From: Mycolicibacterium smegmatis
Lineage (GTDB): Bacteria > Actinomycetota > Actinomycetes > Mycobacteriales > Mycobacteriaceae
Length of the DNA stretch: 32,000 nt
Assembly: GCF_001457595.1 (NCBI RefSeq)
Contig: NZ_LN831039.1
Span: 4,530,001 to 4,562,000 of the forward strand
Reading direction: 5' to 3'
Position numbers and translations under genes: made by a program
Notes under the pieces: generated by a model
What the model was told of the DNA's origin: nothing
The model's input: only the letters and a program-made list of their open reading frames with translations
The model's database searches: none
In this document: positions 17,170 to 26,760 of the stretch, piece after piece
How the letters are laid out: each line of letters opens with the position of its first letter
How positions within the stretch are numbered: the stretch's first letter is position 1

Positions 17170-17940
17170 TCAGGCCGCGCCCGCGGCCTGCACGACTGTC
17201 GCTGAGCCGCCGGTCACCTGCCGGGCGGCGAAGTCCGCGGCCTGCACCGCCATGCCGTTGGACTTGTAGGAGCTGTGCGCGGCGCGGTCCAAACCACCGG
17301 GGAAGCACACCGGATCACCCGTGGCGCACAGCTGCATCGTCTTGGGGACGTAGGACTGCCCGATCGTGATGGGCGGCGCGTTGCGGTCGGCCAGGTTCAC
17401 CACCCAGTCCTTCGGCGTGCCGAACAGCACCACCGCGGCGACGTGCGATGCGGTCGCCGCCGGCATCGGACCGTTGATGCCCGCGGGCAGTGTGTAACCG
17501 GCGGGCAGGCTGCTGGTGGTGGTGTAGCCCGCGACCGCGGCGCCCTGCGAGTAACCGCCCAGCACGATGTCGGTGGTCGGGCACTGTGCGGCCACAGTCT
17601 GGATCCGGTTGCTGGCGTCGGCGATCCCGGCCGCGGCCTGCGCGAAGTCCAGCGACGCCGGGTAGTTCACGGCGTACACGTCGACGCTTTTGCCGGGCAA
17701 CCGGTCCTTGAGCGCATCGACGAAAGCCTGTCCGGTCGCGCCGATCCCGGGTGCCTCGAACGTGCCGCGGGCGAACACCACCTCGACGTCGGCGCACGCG
17801 TTGTCCGCGGCGCTCGCGGTCGCGGCAGGCCCGGCCAGCATGCCGAACCCCGTCGCGGCCAGGGCCAGGGCCGGGAAGACCGCCGCACGTGCCACCTTGG
17901 TGATGACGTTCGCCCCGCCCGCTCGCTTCGATGCGCTCAT
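17170..17940 (-). CDS. secreted cutinase-family serine esterase
   Basis: It has a signal peptide (...AGPAATASAADNAC). The motifs VVFARGT and GGYSQGAAV (GYSQG nucleophile), and the paired cysteines, are typical of mycobacterial Culp proteins. GAGGGG acts as SD. Confidence 0.85.
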   Translation of the reverse strand: MSASKRAGGANVITKVARAAVFPALALAATGFGMLAGPAATASAADNACADVEVVFARGTFEAPGIGATGQAFVDALKDRLPGKSVDVYAVNYPASLDFAQAAAGIADASNRIQTVAAQCPTTDIVLGGYSQGAAVAGYTTTSSLPAGYTLPAGINGPMPAATASHVAAVVLFGTPKDWVVNLADRNAPPITIGQSYVPKTMQLCATGDPVCFPGGLDRAAHSSYKSNGMAVQAADFAARQVTGGSATVVQAAGAA

Positions 17941-18163
17941 GTCTTCGGCCCCTCTGTCTCGTTTGCCCTCGCCTCGTCGCGGGTGGCTGCTACTTGCATC
18001 AATGACCGCCGGACGGATCAGATTCCGCCAAGATCAAGTGATGTACGCCACGTGAGCAAATGTGTGGGTGCGGGATTGCTGAGCGGGATCGAGGCGTTGG
18101 TGAAGGGTTCGCTCGCGCGTGCCGCCGTCGCGGTTGCCGACGCCCAACCGCTTTAATGAGCCG

Positions 18164-19036
18164 ATGGCCACCCCGCGTGTCCGGACGACCGCCCTGGCGT
18201 ACGCGCTCGTCGCACCCAGCCTGTTCGGCGTCGTCGCCTTCCTGCTGCTGCCCATGCTGGTGGTGGTGTGGCTGAGCCTGCACCGCTGGGATCTGCTGGG
18301 GCCGATCGAGTTTGTGGGCCTGGCCAACTGGACCTCGGTGCTCACCGACGCGGCCTTCGGCAAGTCCCTGGTGGTCACGCTGCTGTTCATGGTCCTGGTG
18401 GTGCCGACGCAGACGGTGCTGGGCCTCGTCGCGGCGACCATGCTGGCGCGCGGCCTGCCCGGCACCGGGTTCTTCCGCACGGTCTACGTGCTGCCGTGGA
18501 TCTGCGCGCCGCTGGCGATCGCGGTGCTGTGGCGCTGGATCCTCGCCCCGACCGACGGCGCGCTCAGCACAGTGCTGGGCACCCGCATCGAGTGGCTCAC
18601 CGATCCTTCCCTGGCGTTACCGGTCGTCTCGGCCGTGGTGGTGTGGACCAACGTCGGCTACGTGACGCTGTTCTTCCTGGCCGGCATCCTCAACATCCCC
18701 GCGGACCTGCACAACGCGGCACGCACCGACGGCGCCGACGCGTGGCAGCGGTTCCGCCACATCACCCTGCCCATGCTGCGACCGACCATGTTCTTCGTGC
18801 TGGTCACCGGGATCGTCAGCGCCGCACAGGTATTCGACACGGTGTACGCGCTCACCGCAGGCGGGCCGCAGGGCCGCACCGACCTGATCGCGCACCGCAT
18901 CTACGTCGAGGCGTTCGGCGCCGCGGCCGTGGGACGCGCCGCGGTCATGGCGTTGGTGCTGTTCGTGCTGCTGGTCGGCGTCACGGTCGTCCAGCATCTC
19001 TACTTCCGCCGCAGGATCAGCTATGACCTCACCTGA
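18164..19036 (+). CDS. uspA: carbohydrate ABC transporter permease (UspA-like)
   Basis: ORF 18119-19036. The ATG at 18164 gives 290 aa. It has an MalF/UgpA-type EAA loop region (AARTDGADAWQRFRHITLPMLRP). The symbol rests on recalled synteny with M. tuberculosis uspABC. Confidence 0.8.
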   Translation: MATPRVRTTALAYALVAPSLFGVVAFLLLPMLVVVWLSLHRWDLLGPIEFVGLANWTSVLTDAAFGKSLVVTLLFMVLVVPTQTVLGLVAATMLARGLPGTGFFRTVYVLPWICAPLAIAVLWRWILAPTDGALSTVLGTRIEWLTDPSLALPVVSAVVVWTNVGYVTLFFLAGILNIPADLHNAARTDGADAWQRFRHITLPMLRPTMFFVLVTGIVSAAQVFDTVYALTAGGPQGRTDLIAHRIYVEAFGAAAVGRAAVMALVLFVLLVGVTVVQHLYFRRRISYDLT

Positions 19037-19850
19037 GCGCGTGGCGTCCAACGCCGTGATCTACGCGGGCCTGCTGCTGGGCGCGGTGATCACGCTGCTG
19101 CCGTTCGGCCTGGGCCTGCTCACGTCGTTCACGTCGGCGCAGCAGTTCGTCACCGAATCGCCGCTCTCGCTGCCCCGGCCGCCGACACTGGCCAACTACC
19201 TCGGCTTGGCCGACGCCGGGTTCGGCCGCGCGATCGCGGTCACGGCGCTGATGACCGCGGTGATCCTGCTGGGACAACTGGTGTTCTCGGTGCTCGCCGC
19301 GTATGCGTTTGCCCGCCTGGAGTTCCCGGGCCGCGACGTGTTGTTCTGGGTGTACCTCGCGACGCTGATGGTGCCCGCGACCGTGACCGTGGTGCCGCTG
19401 TATCTGATCATGGCCGAGGCGGGCCTGCGGAACACGTTCTGGGCGTTGGTGCTGCCGTTCGTGTTCGGCTCGCCGTACGCGATCTTCCTGCTGCGCGAGT
19501 ATTTTCGCGGGATCCCCGGCGACCTGATCAACGCGGCCCGCCTCGACGGGGCCAACACCCTCGACATCATCACGCACGTCGTGGTCCCCGCCAGTCGGCC
19601 GATCCTGGTGACGCTCGCGATGATCACGGTGGTGAGCCAGTGGAACAACTTCCTGTGGCCCCTGGTGATCAGCAGCGGTGACACGTGGCGTGTGCTGACG
19701 GTGGCGACCGCGGGCCTGCAGACGCAGTACAACGCGCAGTGGACGCTGGTTATGGCGGCGACGACCGTGGCGATCGTTCCGCTGATCGTGGTGTTCGCGA
19801 CGCTGTCGCGCCATATCGTCCGCTCGATCGTGGTGACGGGGATCAAATGA
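19023..19850 (+). CDS. uspB: carbohydrate ABC transporter permease (UspB-like)
   Basis: It has an MalG/UgpE-type EAA loop (AARLDGANTLDIITHVVVPASRP). It overlaps the upstream permease by 14 nt. Confidence 0.85.
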   Translation: MTSPERVASNAVIYAGLLLGAVITLLPFGLGLLTSFTSAQQFVTESPLSLPRPPTLANYLGLADAGFGRAIAVTALMTAVILLGQLVFSVLAAYAFARLEFPGRDVLFWVYLATLMVPATVTVVPLYLIMAEAGLRNTFWALVLPFVFGSPYAIFLLREYFRGIPGDLINAARLDGANTLDIITHVVVPASRPILVTLAMITVVSQWNNFLWPLVISSGDTWRVLTVATAGLQTQYNAQWTLVMAATTVAIVPLIVVFATLSRHIVRSIVVTGIK

Positions 19851-19938
19851 GCACCGAGATCGACGTTTTCGTCGTCAGAGTCCGCGCGCAACGACATCTG
19901 CGTCGCTCTCGGGGCAGCTCCGGCGGCAGGGGGCGGGC

Positions 19939-21231
19939 ATGAGGCGCTCGACGCTGCTGGCCGGCGGACTCGCCGTCACGATGGCGGTGCTGCTGGTGAT
20001 CGCGATGCTCATGGGCCGCACGACCGAGCCGGCGGGCAAGACCGTGGTGACGGTACGGCTGTGGGACCCGCAGGTCGCGGCGGCCTACCGCGAATCGTTC
20101 GACGCGTTCAGCGCCGAGCATCCCGGCATCGAGGTCCGCGTCAACACCGTGGCGTACGCGAGCTACTTCGACAGCCTGCGCACCGACGTCGCCGGCGGCA
20201 GCGCCGACGACATCTTCTGGATCTCCAACGGATACTTCGCCGGATACGCCGACAACGGGCACCTGCTCGACATCGCGGATCTCCTGGGGCCCGACGCCGC
20301 CACCGCGTGGGAACCGTCCGTCGTCGAGCAGTTCACCCGCAACGGGACCCTGTGGGGCGTACCGCAACTCACCGATGCGGGCATCGCGGTGTACTACAAC
20401 GCGGAGCTGCTGGAAAAGGCCGGGGTGTCCCCCGCCGACCTCTCGACGCTGCGTTGGTCGAACGGCCCCGACGACACCCTGCGGCCGCTGCTGGCGCGCC
20501 TGACGGTGGAGGAGTCGGGCCGCACGCGGCAGTGGGGTTACAACGCCGCCAACGATCTTCAGGGCATCTACCTCAACTTCATCGGATCCGCGGGCGGCAC
20601 GTTTTCGGAAGGTGACCGGTTCACGTTCGACAACCCCCAGGCCGTCGAGGCGTTCGAATACCTGGTGCGCCTGATCAACACCGATCGCGTCGCGCCCCCG
20701 GCCTCGGACACCAACGACAACGGCGACTTCTCGCGCAACGCGTTCCTCGCCGGGCGCATGGCGCTGTTCCAGTCCGGCACGTACAACCTGGCCGCGATCG
20801 CCGATCAGGCCCCGTTCCCGTGGGGTGTGGCGATGCTGCCGATCGGGCCGAAGGGCCGCGTGAGCGTCACCAACGGCATCGCCGCGGCGGGCAATGCGGC
20901 GACCCGGCATCCCGAGGCCGTGCGGAAGGTATTGGCGTGGATGGGCAGCAGGCGCGGCAACGAGTTCGTCGGGCGGCGCGGCGCGGCGATCCCCGCGGTG
21001 CTGGCCGCGCAGCCCGTCTATCACGAGTACTGGGCGTCGCGCGGTGTGGACGTCAGCCCGTTCTTCCGGGTGCTGCAGGGCCCGCGGATCGCCGCGCCCG
21101 GCGGCGCCGGTTTCCCGGCCGGATTCGAGGCGCTCACACCGTACTTCGCGGAGATGTTCCTCGGGCGCCGCGATGTCGCGGGCACACTCGCCGAGGCGCA
21201 GAGGGCCGCCAACGCGGCGGCCTCGCGGTGA
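19939..21231 (+). CDS. uspC: ABC transporter extracellular solute-binding protein, sugar family (UspC-like)
   Basis: 430 aa with an N-terminal hydrophobic anchor and no lipobox Cys. It has the family-1 SBP signature region (VRLWDPQVAAAYRESFDAFSAEHPGIEV). A GGGGGCGGGC SD region precedes the ATG. Confidence 0.8.
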   Translation: MRRSTLLAGGLAVTMAVLLVIAMLMGRTTEPAGKTVVTVRLWDPQVAAAYRESFDAFSAEHPGIEVRVNTVAYASYFDSLRTDVAGGSADDIFWISNGYFAGYADNGHLLDIADLLGPDAATAWEPSVVEQFTRNGTLWGVPQLTDAGIAVYYNAELLEKAGVSPADLSTLRWSNGPDDTLRPLLARLTVEESGRTRQWGYNAANDLQGIYLNFIGSAGGTFSEGDRFTFDNPQAVEAFEYLVRLINTDRVAPPASDTNDNGDFSRNAFLAGRMALFQSGTYNLAAIADQAPFPWGVAMLPIGPKGRVSVTNGIAAAGNAATRHPEAVRKVLAWMGSRRGNEFVGRRGAAIPAVLAAQPVYHEYWASRGVDVSPFFRVLQGPRIAAPGGAGFPAGFEALTPYFAEMFLGRRDVAGTLAEAQRAANAAASR

Positions 21232-21244
21232 TGACGCGTGTGAA

Positions 21245-22090
21245 CTAGCTACGCCGCCGGGGCAGGCTCGTGCCCAGCACCGTCAACTCCAGGGCCAGCG
21301 CGGTGCCGCACACCACGGCGAGCACCGCGAACGCCACCCAGTCGAGTCTCCTGGGTTTCGACTCGGCGGCCGAGAACTGCCCGGTGCCACCGCGTGCGGT
21401 GATCGCATCGCCCATCTCGTCGCCGCGGCGCAGCGCGACCGTCACCGCGGCCGCGATGAGGTCGACGACGCCCGAGACCCGTTGGCGGTGCCGCGCACGG
21501 AAGGTGTCGGGCCGCTCTCTGGGCCGCAGTCGCCGCGCGGCATACAGCGTGCGGAACTCGTCGATCAGCATCGGGAACGCGCGCAGCGCCAGCGCGATCG
21601 TCACGGCCCAGTCGTGCACCGGGATCCGGAACACCCCGAGCGGGCGGCCGAGTGTGGCGACCGCGGGCGCGATGTCGGCGACGTTGGTCGTCCAGGACAC
21701 CAGCGCGCCCAGACCCAGCAGCACGATCGACAGTGCGGTGATGCGCAGGAAGTTCAACAGCCCGCCGAGCCCGATCGTCATCGAACCGACGTCGAACTCG
21801 GGGCTGCCGCCGGCGAACGTCGCGGTGAGCGCCCCGAACGCGACCAGCAGCCACATCCACCACGGAATGGTCGGCACCACACCGCGCGGGATGCGCGCCA
21901 ACCGGGCCACGACAAGCACGAGAACAGCGGTGAAACCGATGGGCACCCAGCCGGGATAGAACGTCAGCATGATGCCGATCACGGCGACCGACAGCAGTTT
22001 GGTACCCGCCCACAGTTGATGGATGACGCTGTCGCCGGGAACCGGGCGCAGCAGGACCACCGGCTTACGCTGGCCGCCGGGCGCGCTCAT
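21245..22090 (-). CDS. energy-coupling-factor transporter transmembrane (EcfT/CbiQ) protein
   Basis: ORF 21245-22159 is trimmed to the ATG at 22090, which overlaps the upstream stop as ATGA (22087-22090). It is polytopic. The conserved EcfT coupling-helix region is [21 protein letters not shown] (ARG-like motifs). Confidence 0.8.
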   Translation of the reverse strand: MSAPGGQRKPVVLLRPVPGDSVIHQLWAGTKLLSVAVIGIMLTFYPGWVPIGFTAVLVLVVARLARIPRGVVPTIPWWMWLLVAFGALTATFAGGSPEFDVGSMTIGLGGLLNFLRITALSIVLLGLGALVSWTTNVADIAPAVATLGRPLGVFRIPVHDWAVTIALALRAFPMLIDEFRTLYAARRLRPRERPDTFRARHRQRVSGVVDLIAAAVTVALRRGDEMGDAITARGGTGQFSAAESKPRRLDWVAFAVLAVVCGTALALELTVLGTSLPRRRS

Positions 22091-24126
22091 CGGGCGTCTC
22101 CTGCCGTCGTCGGCGCGGTGGCGAGTTGCCCGTCGCGCAGGTGCAGAGTGCGCGGGCACAGCCCTTCGAGCCCCGTGAAGTCGTGCGAGATGACCACGAC
22201 GGTCATGCCGTTGTTGCGACGCAGATCCTCCAGCAGCCGCAACAACCCGCGCGCGCTGGCCGCGTCGAGGCCGGCAAGCGGCTCGTCGAGGATGAGCGCG
22301 CGCGGTGAGCGGGCCAGCAGGCCGGCGAGCACCACGCGGCGCATCTGACCGCCGGAGAGCTGATCGATACGGCGCTCCCCCAGCGTCGGGTCCAGGCCCA
22401 CCGTCGCCAGCGCGGCGTTCACACGGTCACGGTCCTTGGCCGAGAACCCGGCCGCCGAGGCGATCTCACGCGCGACGCTGCTGCGCATCAACTGCAGCCG
22501 CGCGGCCTGGAACGACAACGCCACCGCGCCGACCTGTTCGGACACCGGCGCGCCGTCGAGCAGGCACGCGCCGTAGGTCGGCACCGTCAGGCCCGCCATG
22601 ATCCACGCCAGCGTGGACTTGCCGGACCCGTTGAGGCCGTGGATGAGCACGCCGTCACCTTCGTTGACGGTAAACGTGACATCGCGCAACGCGGTTTTCG
22701 CCCATGGGGTTCCGTTGGCGTACTCGTGGCCGACGCCGGTCAGCTCGAGCACGGGCACCCCGGGTTCGTGGCCGGCCATGGACCCGGTGTGCACCGACGA
22801 GGTCTCGACCATGTCGGTGCTGTCGGCCGCACCGCCGTCGCCGTCGAGCGCCACGGTGCGGTCTGCGATCTCGGCCTCGCTGTTGTAGTGCGTGATGTGC
22901 ACCAGCGACATGCGGTGGCGTTTGGTCAGCCCGGACACCACGTTCATGAGCGTCTCGCGACCCTGCTGGTCGACCATGCTGGTGATCTCGTCGGCGATCA
23001 ACATCGAGGGTTCGCGTGCCAGCGCGGCCGCGACCGCGAGGCGTTGCAGTTCCCCTCCTGACAGTCCGCCCGTGTCGCGTTCGGCCATACCGTCGAGGCC
23101 CACCTCGGACAGCAGCCGGTCGACGTCGGTGGCGGTTCCGGGCGGCAGGCCCCACACGACGTCGTCGGCCACGCGGGTGCCCAGCACCTGGCTCTCGGGG
23201 TGCTGCATGACCACCGCGGTGCCGCCCATGCGGCCCAGGCCGACCGCACCCGCGCGCTCGACCGAACCCGAGGTCGGTTCGCGGCCGGCGAGCACGAGCA
23301 TCAGCGTGGTCTTGCCCGATCCGTTGGGCCCGGTGACCGCGACGTGCTCGCCCACCCGCAGATCCATCGTCACGGGCCCGAGCGCGTCGTGGTCGGCGCC
23401 GGGATAGCGGAAGCGCACGTCGGTCAGCTGTGCGGGTACCGGTCCGATCGGGCCGTGCTCGGGCGGGCTGTCGAGTTTGTGGACATCGGGCACGCCGAGC
23501 AGCCGGCCCAGCACGCGCGACAGCGCCCACCAGCCGACCATCGTGACCATCGTGATGCTGGAGATGCCCATGAGCAGCATCAGCACGGGCCAGTAGTGCA
23601 ACAGCGTCGCGAACATGGTCTTGAGCGGTTCGGCGGCGCCTTCGAGCACGGGGACGCGCGCGAACACGGCGGCCAGGCCGTCGATGTTGGCGGTCAGGGT
23701 GTCGAACATGAGGTTGCGCAGCCGCGACAACACCAGCAGCGCGACGACGATCATGGCGCCGAACAGCGCGCCTGCCACGATCGCGGCGGCGAACACCGTG
23801 GGCGTACCCCGGCCGCGGCGTTTGACGATGCCGGTCAGGCCGCCGATGTAGGCGCAGTTGAACACCGTCATCATGCCGCCGAGCCCCGCGATGAGGAACG
23901 CGATGACCCCGGCCGCGACGGTTGCCGCGAGCAGCACGCGCAACCGGTACCGGTAGGCCAACAGGCCCATCGGTACCGTCCCCAGCACCGACAGACCCGC
24001 GGCGAAGGGCACGACGACCGCGATGATCGCGGTGGCCGCACACAGCGCGGCCATCACCGAAGCCTGCGCGAGTTCGCCGGGGGTCAGTCCGCGTCGAGGC
24101 GCTCTGGCCGGTCGGTTCGCGGTCAT
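22087..24126 (-). CDS. fusion protein: N-terminal ~245-aa membrane domain + two ABC ATPase domains (EcfA-EcfA'-like)
   Basis: The start is taken at the ATG at 24126 ([10 protein letters not shown]). There are 5-6 TM segments. ATPase 1 has [17 protein letters not shown] and [11 protein letters not shown]. ATPase 2 has [17 protein letters not shown] and [11 protein letters not shown]. Confidence 0.85.
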   Translation of the reverse strand: MTANRPARAPRRGLTPGELAQASVMAALCAATAIIAVVVPFAAGLSVLGTVPMGLLAYRYRLRVLLAATVAAGVIAFLIAGLGGMMTVFNCAYIGGLTGIVKRRGRGTPTVFAAAIVAGALFGAMIVVALLVLSRLRNLMFDTLTANIDGLAAVFARVPVLEGAAEPLKTMFATLLHYWPVLMLLMGISSITMVTMVGWWALSRVLGRLLGVPDVHKLDSPPEHGPIGPVPAQLTDVRFRYPGADHDALGPVTMDLRVGEHVAVTGPNGSGKTTLMLVLAGREPTSGSVERAGAVGLGRMGGTAVVMQHPESQVLGTRVADDVVWGLPPGTATDVDRLLSEVGLDGMAERDTGGLSGGELQRLAVAAALAREPSMLIADEITSMVDQQGRETLMNVVSGLTKRHRMSLVHITHYNSEAEIADRTVALDGDGGAADSTDMVETSSVHTGSMAGHEPGVPVLELTGVGHEYANGTPWAKTALRDVTFTVNEGDGVLIHGLNGSGKSTLAWIMAGLTVPTYGACLLDGAPVSEQVGAVALSFQAARLQLMRSSVAREIASAAGFSAKDRDRVNAALATVGLDPTLGERRIDQLSGGQMRRVVLAGLLARSPRALILDEPLAGLDAASARGLLRLLEDLRRNNGMTVVVISHDFTGLEGLCPRTLHLRDGQLATAPTTAGDAR

Positions 24127-24196
24127 TTCTCGATTCTGCCAGCCAAGCTGTGAGGTCCCCCTTTGCCCGTGTGTGACGGGCCCCACGAAACTTGGA

Positions 24197-24217
24197 TTGC
24201 ATAGTAAACCTATGTAA
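24197..24217. promoter_or_regulatory. imperfect palindrome TTGCATAG-TAAAC-CTATGTAA; candidate MarR operator
   Basis: The core CATAG-N5-CTATG lies at 24200-24214. This is the only obvious dyad in the 100-bp divergent region. It abuts the marR SD (AAGGTGG) and sits about 70 nt upstream of the ECF fusion gene start. Confidence 0.4.
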
Positions 24218-24226
24218 GGTGGTGGC

Positions 24227-24706
24227 ATGTCAGCGCCAAGCGTCGAGAATGTCCCGGTGACCTACGAAACCGAACTCGGCGCGGATCTGCTGGCAGTCGT
24301 CGCCCGCCTCAACCGGCTGGCGACGCAGCGCACGCGGCTCCCGCTGCCGTACGCGCAGGCCCGGCTGTTGTCCACCATCGAGGATCAAGGCGAAGCCCGC
24401 ATATCGGACCTCGCCCTGCTCGATCACTGTTCACAGCCGACCATGACCACGCAGGTACGCCGCCTGGAAGAAGCCGGGCTGGTGTCGCGGACCGCCGATC
24501 CAGGCGATGCCCGCGCGGTGCTCATCCGCATCACCGAAGAGGGACGCAAGACCCTCGCCCAGGCCAGGGCCGATCGCGCCGCCGCGATCAACCCACGATT
24601 GGAACGCCTCAGCGTCGAGGATCGCCAGACCCTCGTGGACGCTGTGGAAGTCATCCGCAAACTCCTGGCCGACGTCGCGGAGCACCCCCTGCCCGAAGAA
24701 AACTGA
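24227..24706 (+). CDS. MarR family transcriptional regulator
   Basis: 159 aa with a winged-helix region ([62 protein letters not shown]). Confidence 0.9.
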   Translation: MSAPSVENVPVTYETELGADLLAVVARLNRLATQRTRLPLPYAQARLLSTIEDQGEARISDLALLDHCSQPTMTTQVRRLEEAGLVSRTADPGDARAVLIRITEEGRKTLAQARADRAAAINPRLERLSVEDRQTLVDAVEVIRKLLADVAEHPLPEEN

Positions 24707-24724
24707 GTTAGGAGTTCTCGCCCT

Positions 24725-25933
24725 ATGTGGCGCCAACCCAAAGCTGTTTGGGCCGTTGCCTTCGCGTCCGTCGTTGCCTTCATGGGCATCGGGCTCGTCG
24801 ACCCGATCCTCAAACCCATCGCCGACAACCTCGACGCGACACCCTCGCAGGTGTCGCTGTTGTTCACCAGCTACATGGCCGTGATGGGTGTCGCGATGCT
24901 GATCACCGGCGTGGTGTCCAGCCGCATCGGACCCAAGCGAACCCTGCTGGTCGGCCTGGTGATCATCATCGCCGGCGCCGGCCTGGCCGGCATGAGCGAC
25001 AGCGTGATGGAGATCGTGGGCTGGCGCGCGCTGTGGGGGCTGGGCAACGCCCTGTTCATCGCGACCGCGCTCGCGACCATCGTGAACTCCGCGAAAGGTT
25101 CTGTCGCACAAGCAATCATTCTCTACGAGGCGGCCCTGGGCCTCGGCATCGCGGTGGGCCCGCTGGTGGGCGGTGTGCTCGGATCGATCTCGTGGCGCGG
25201 ACCGTTCTTCGGCGTCTCGGCGCTCATGGCGCTCGCGCTCGTCGTCACCGCGTTCCTGCTGCCGGAGACCCCGCGCCCGCAGCACGCCACGAGCCTGGCC
25301 GACCCGTTCCGCGCACTGCGTCACCGCGGCCTGTTCGGTGTCGGTCTGACCGCACTGCTGTACAACTTCGGCTTCTTCACGCTGCTGGCGTTCACGCCGT
25401 TCCCGCTCGACATGACCGCCCACCAGATCGGGCTGATCTTCTTCGGCTGGGGTGTCGCACTGGCGTTCACGTCAGTGGTGGTCGCGCCGCGTCTGCAGCA
25501 CCGCTTCGGAACGCTGCCCACGCTGCTGGTGAACCTCGCGGTGATGTCGGCGACGCTCGTGGTGATGGCGCTCGGCACCGACAACAAGGCCGTGCTCGCG
25601 GCGTCGGTCGTGGTGGCCGGTCTGTGGTGCGGCATCAACAACACGCTCATCACCGAGACGGTCATGAAGGCCGCGCCCGTCGAGCGCGGTGTGGCGTCGG
25701 CCGCCTACAGCTTCATGCGGTTCTGCGGCGCCGCCGTCGCGCCGTGGCTGGCCGGGGTGCTCGGCGAGGAGATCAGCGTGCACCTGCCGTACTGGGTGGG
25801 CGCGGCCGCCGTCGCCGCCGGCGCCGCTGTGCTCTTCGCGGTCCGGTCCCACCTTGCCGGTGTCGACGCCGAGGAGAGCGAACTCGACGAACTCACCGAC
25901 GAGGCGACCGCGGTGACCGTCGGCAACGACTGA
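24725..25933 (+). CDS. MFS transporter (12-TM drug/metabolite exporter-like)
   Basis: 402 aa. The MFS motif-A-like sequence is SSRIGPKRTLLVGL. AGGAG lies 10 nt upstream of the ATG. It starts 18 nt after the marR stop. Confidence 0.9.
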   Translation: MWRQPKAVWAVAFASVVAFMGIGLVDPILKPIADNLDATPSQVSLLFTSYMAVMGVAMLITGVVSSRIGPKRTLLVGLVIIIAGAGLAGMSDSVMEIVGWRALWGLGNALFIATALATIVNSAKGSVAQAIILYEAALGLGIAVGPLVGGVLGSISWRGPFFGVSALMALALVVTAFLLPETPRPQHATSLADPFRALRHRGLFGVGLTALLYNFGFFTLLAFTPFPLDMTAHQIGLIFFGWGVALAFTSVVVAPRLQHRFGTLPTLLVNLAVMSATLVVMALGTDNKAVLAASVVVAGLWCGINNTLITETVMKAAPVERGVASAAYSFMRFCGAAVAPWLAGVLGEEISVHLPYWVGAAAVAAGAAVLFAVRSHLAGVDAEESELDELTDEATAVTVGND

Positions 25934-25947
25934 TCTTCCCGCGCGCA

Positions 25948-26679
25948 TCAGGTGGTGACGGTGCCGATCAAGGTGCCGACGACGTAGGTCGCGGCGATCG
26001 CGACGCCGCCGAACGCCAACTGCCGCAGCGCCGCGAAGGACACGCGCTTGCGCGTGAACCGTGCCGCCACCCCGCCGGCGATCAGCAGACCCACCCCGCC
26101 GCACGCCAAGCCGCCCCACAGCGACTCGAAGCCCAGCAGGTACGGGATCAGCGGGATGATCGCGCCGACCGCGAACATCACGAACGACGACACGGCCGCG
26201 ATGACCGGCGACGGTTTCTCGCGGGGGTCGACGCCGAGCTCCTGCACCAGATGGAAGTTCAGCGCGCGCGACTCGTCGCGGTGGATCTCCTCCGTGGCCT
26301 TCTCGGCGGTGTCCGCGCTCATGCCCATCTCCATGAGCATCCCGACGAGTTCGTCGCGTTCGGCCTGCGGATGCCGCCTGAACGAGCGGCGCTCGACCTT
26401 CACCTCGGAGTCGATCTGCTCGTTGGCCGTCGTGACCGAGGTGTACTCCCCCAGCGCCATCGAGAACGCGCCGGCCAACAGGCCCGCCACACCGCTGAGC
26501 ACGACGGTTTGCGCGTTGGCGCTCGCGGCCACACCCGCGATGAGTGCGGTGTTGCTCACCAGACCGTCCATCGCGCCGAACGTCGCCGCGCGCAGCCACC
26601 CGCCCGACACGTCGGAATGCGTGTGGTCGATGTCGTGCGGCAGTCCCGACGGCGATGTGCGCGGGGATGGATCGCTCAT
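25948..26679 (-). CDS. VIT1/CCC1 family (iron/manganese transporter-like) membrane protein
   Basis: The sequences GGWLRAATFGAMDGLVSNTALIAGV and MALGEYTSV, followed by an acidic helical cytoplasmic insert and C-terminal TM segments, are hallmarks of the VIT family. Confidence 0.85.
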   Translation of the reverse strand: MSDPSPRTSPSGLPHDIDHTHSDVSGGWLRAATFGAMDGLVSNTALIAGVAASANAQTVVLSGVAGLLAGAFSMALGEYTSVTTANEQIDSEVKVERRSFRRHPQAERDELVGMLMEMGMSADTAEKATEEIHRDESRALNFHLVQELGVDPREKPSPVIAAVSSFVMFAVGAIIPLIPYLLGFESLWGGLACGGVGLLIAGGVAARFTRKRVSFAALRQLAFGGVAIAATYVVGTLIGTVTT

Positions 26680-26760
26680 GACGCAGATTCAACGCCAGAC
26701 CTCGCGGACAGATCCAGTGAGGTTCACCTGCGTTTGTTCGCTGACGCGATAACGTCGGGT

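Noticed and set aside
22655-24202. A 515-aa alternative minus-strand frame, plus a 317-aa plus-strand ORF, inside the ECF fusion gene
   Set aside because: Both are Arg-rich with no motifs. The chosen frame contains two complete Walker A / signature / Walker B sets.
24127-24226. A vitamin or cofactor riboswitch in front of the ECF-type transporter
   Set aside because: The whole divergent region is only 100 bp. I could not recognise a TPP, FMN, cobalamin, THF, preQ1 or biotin-related motif. Only a small hairpin and one dyad are present.
26680-26760. An IdeR iron box or other metalloregulator site between the VIT-family gene and the acyl-CoA oxidase gene
   Set aside because: Only a short AGGT-TC-ACCT dyad and a distant ACGCAG/CTGCGT pair are present. 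Nothing resembles the 19-bp IdeR consensus TTAGGTTAGGCTAACCTAA.
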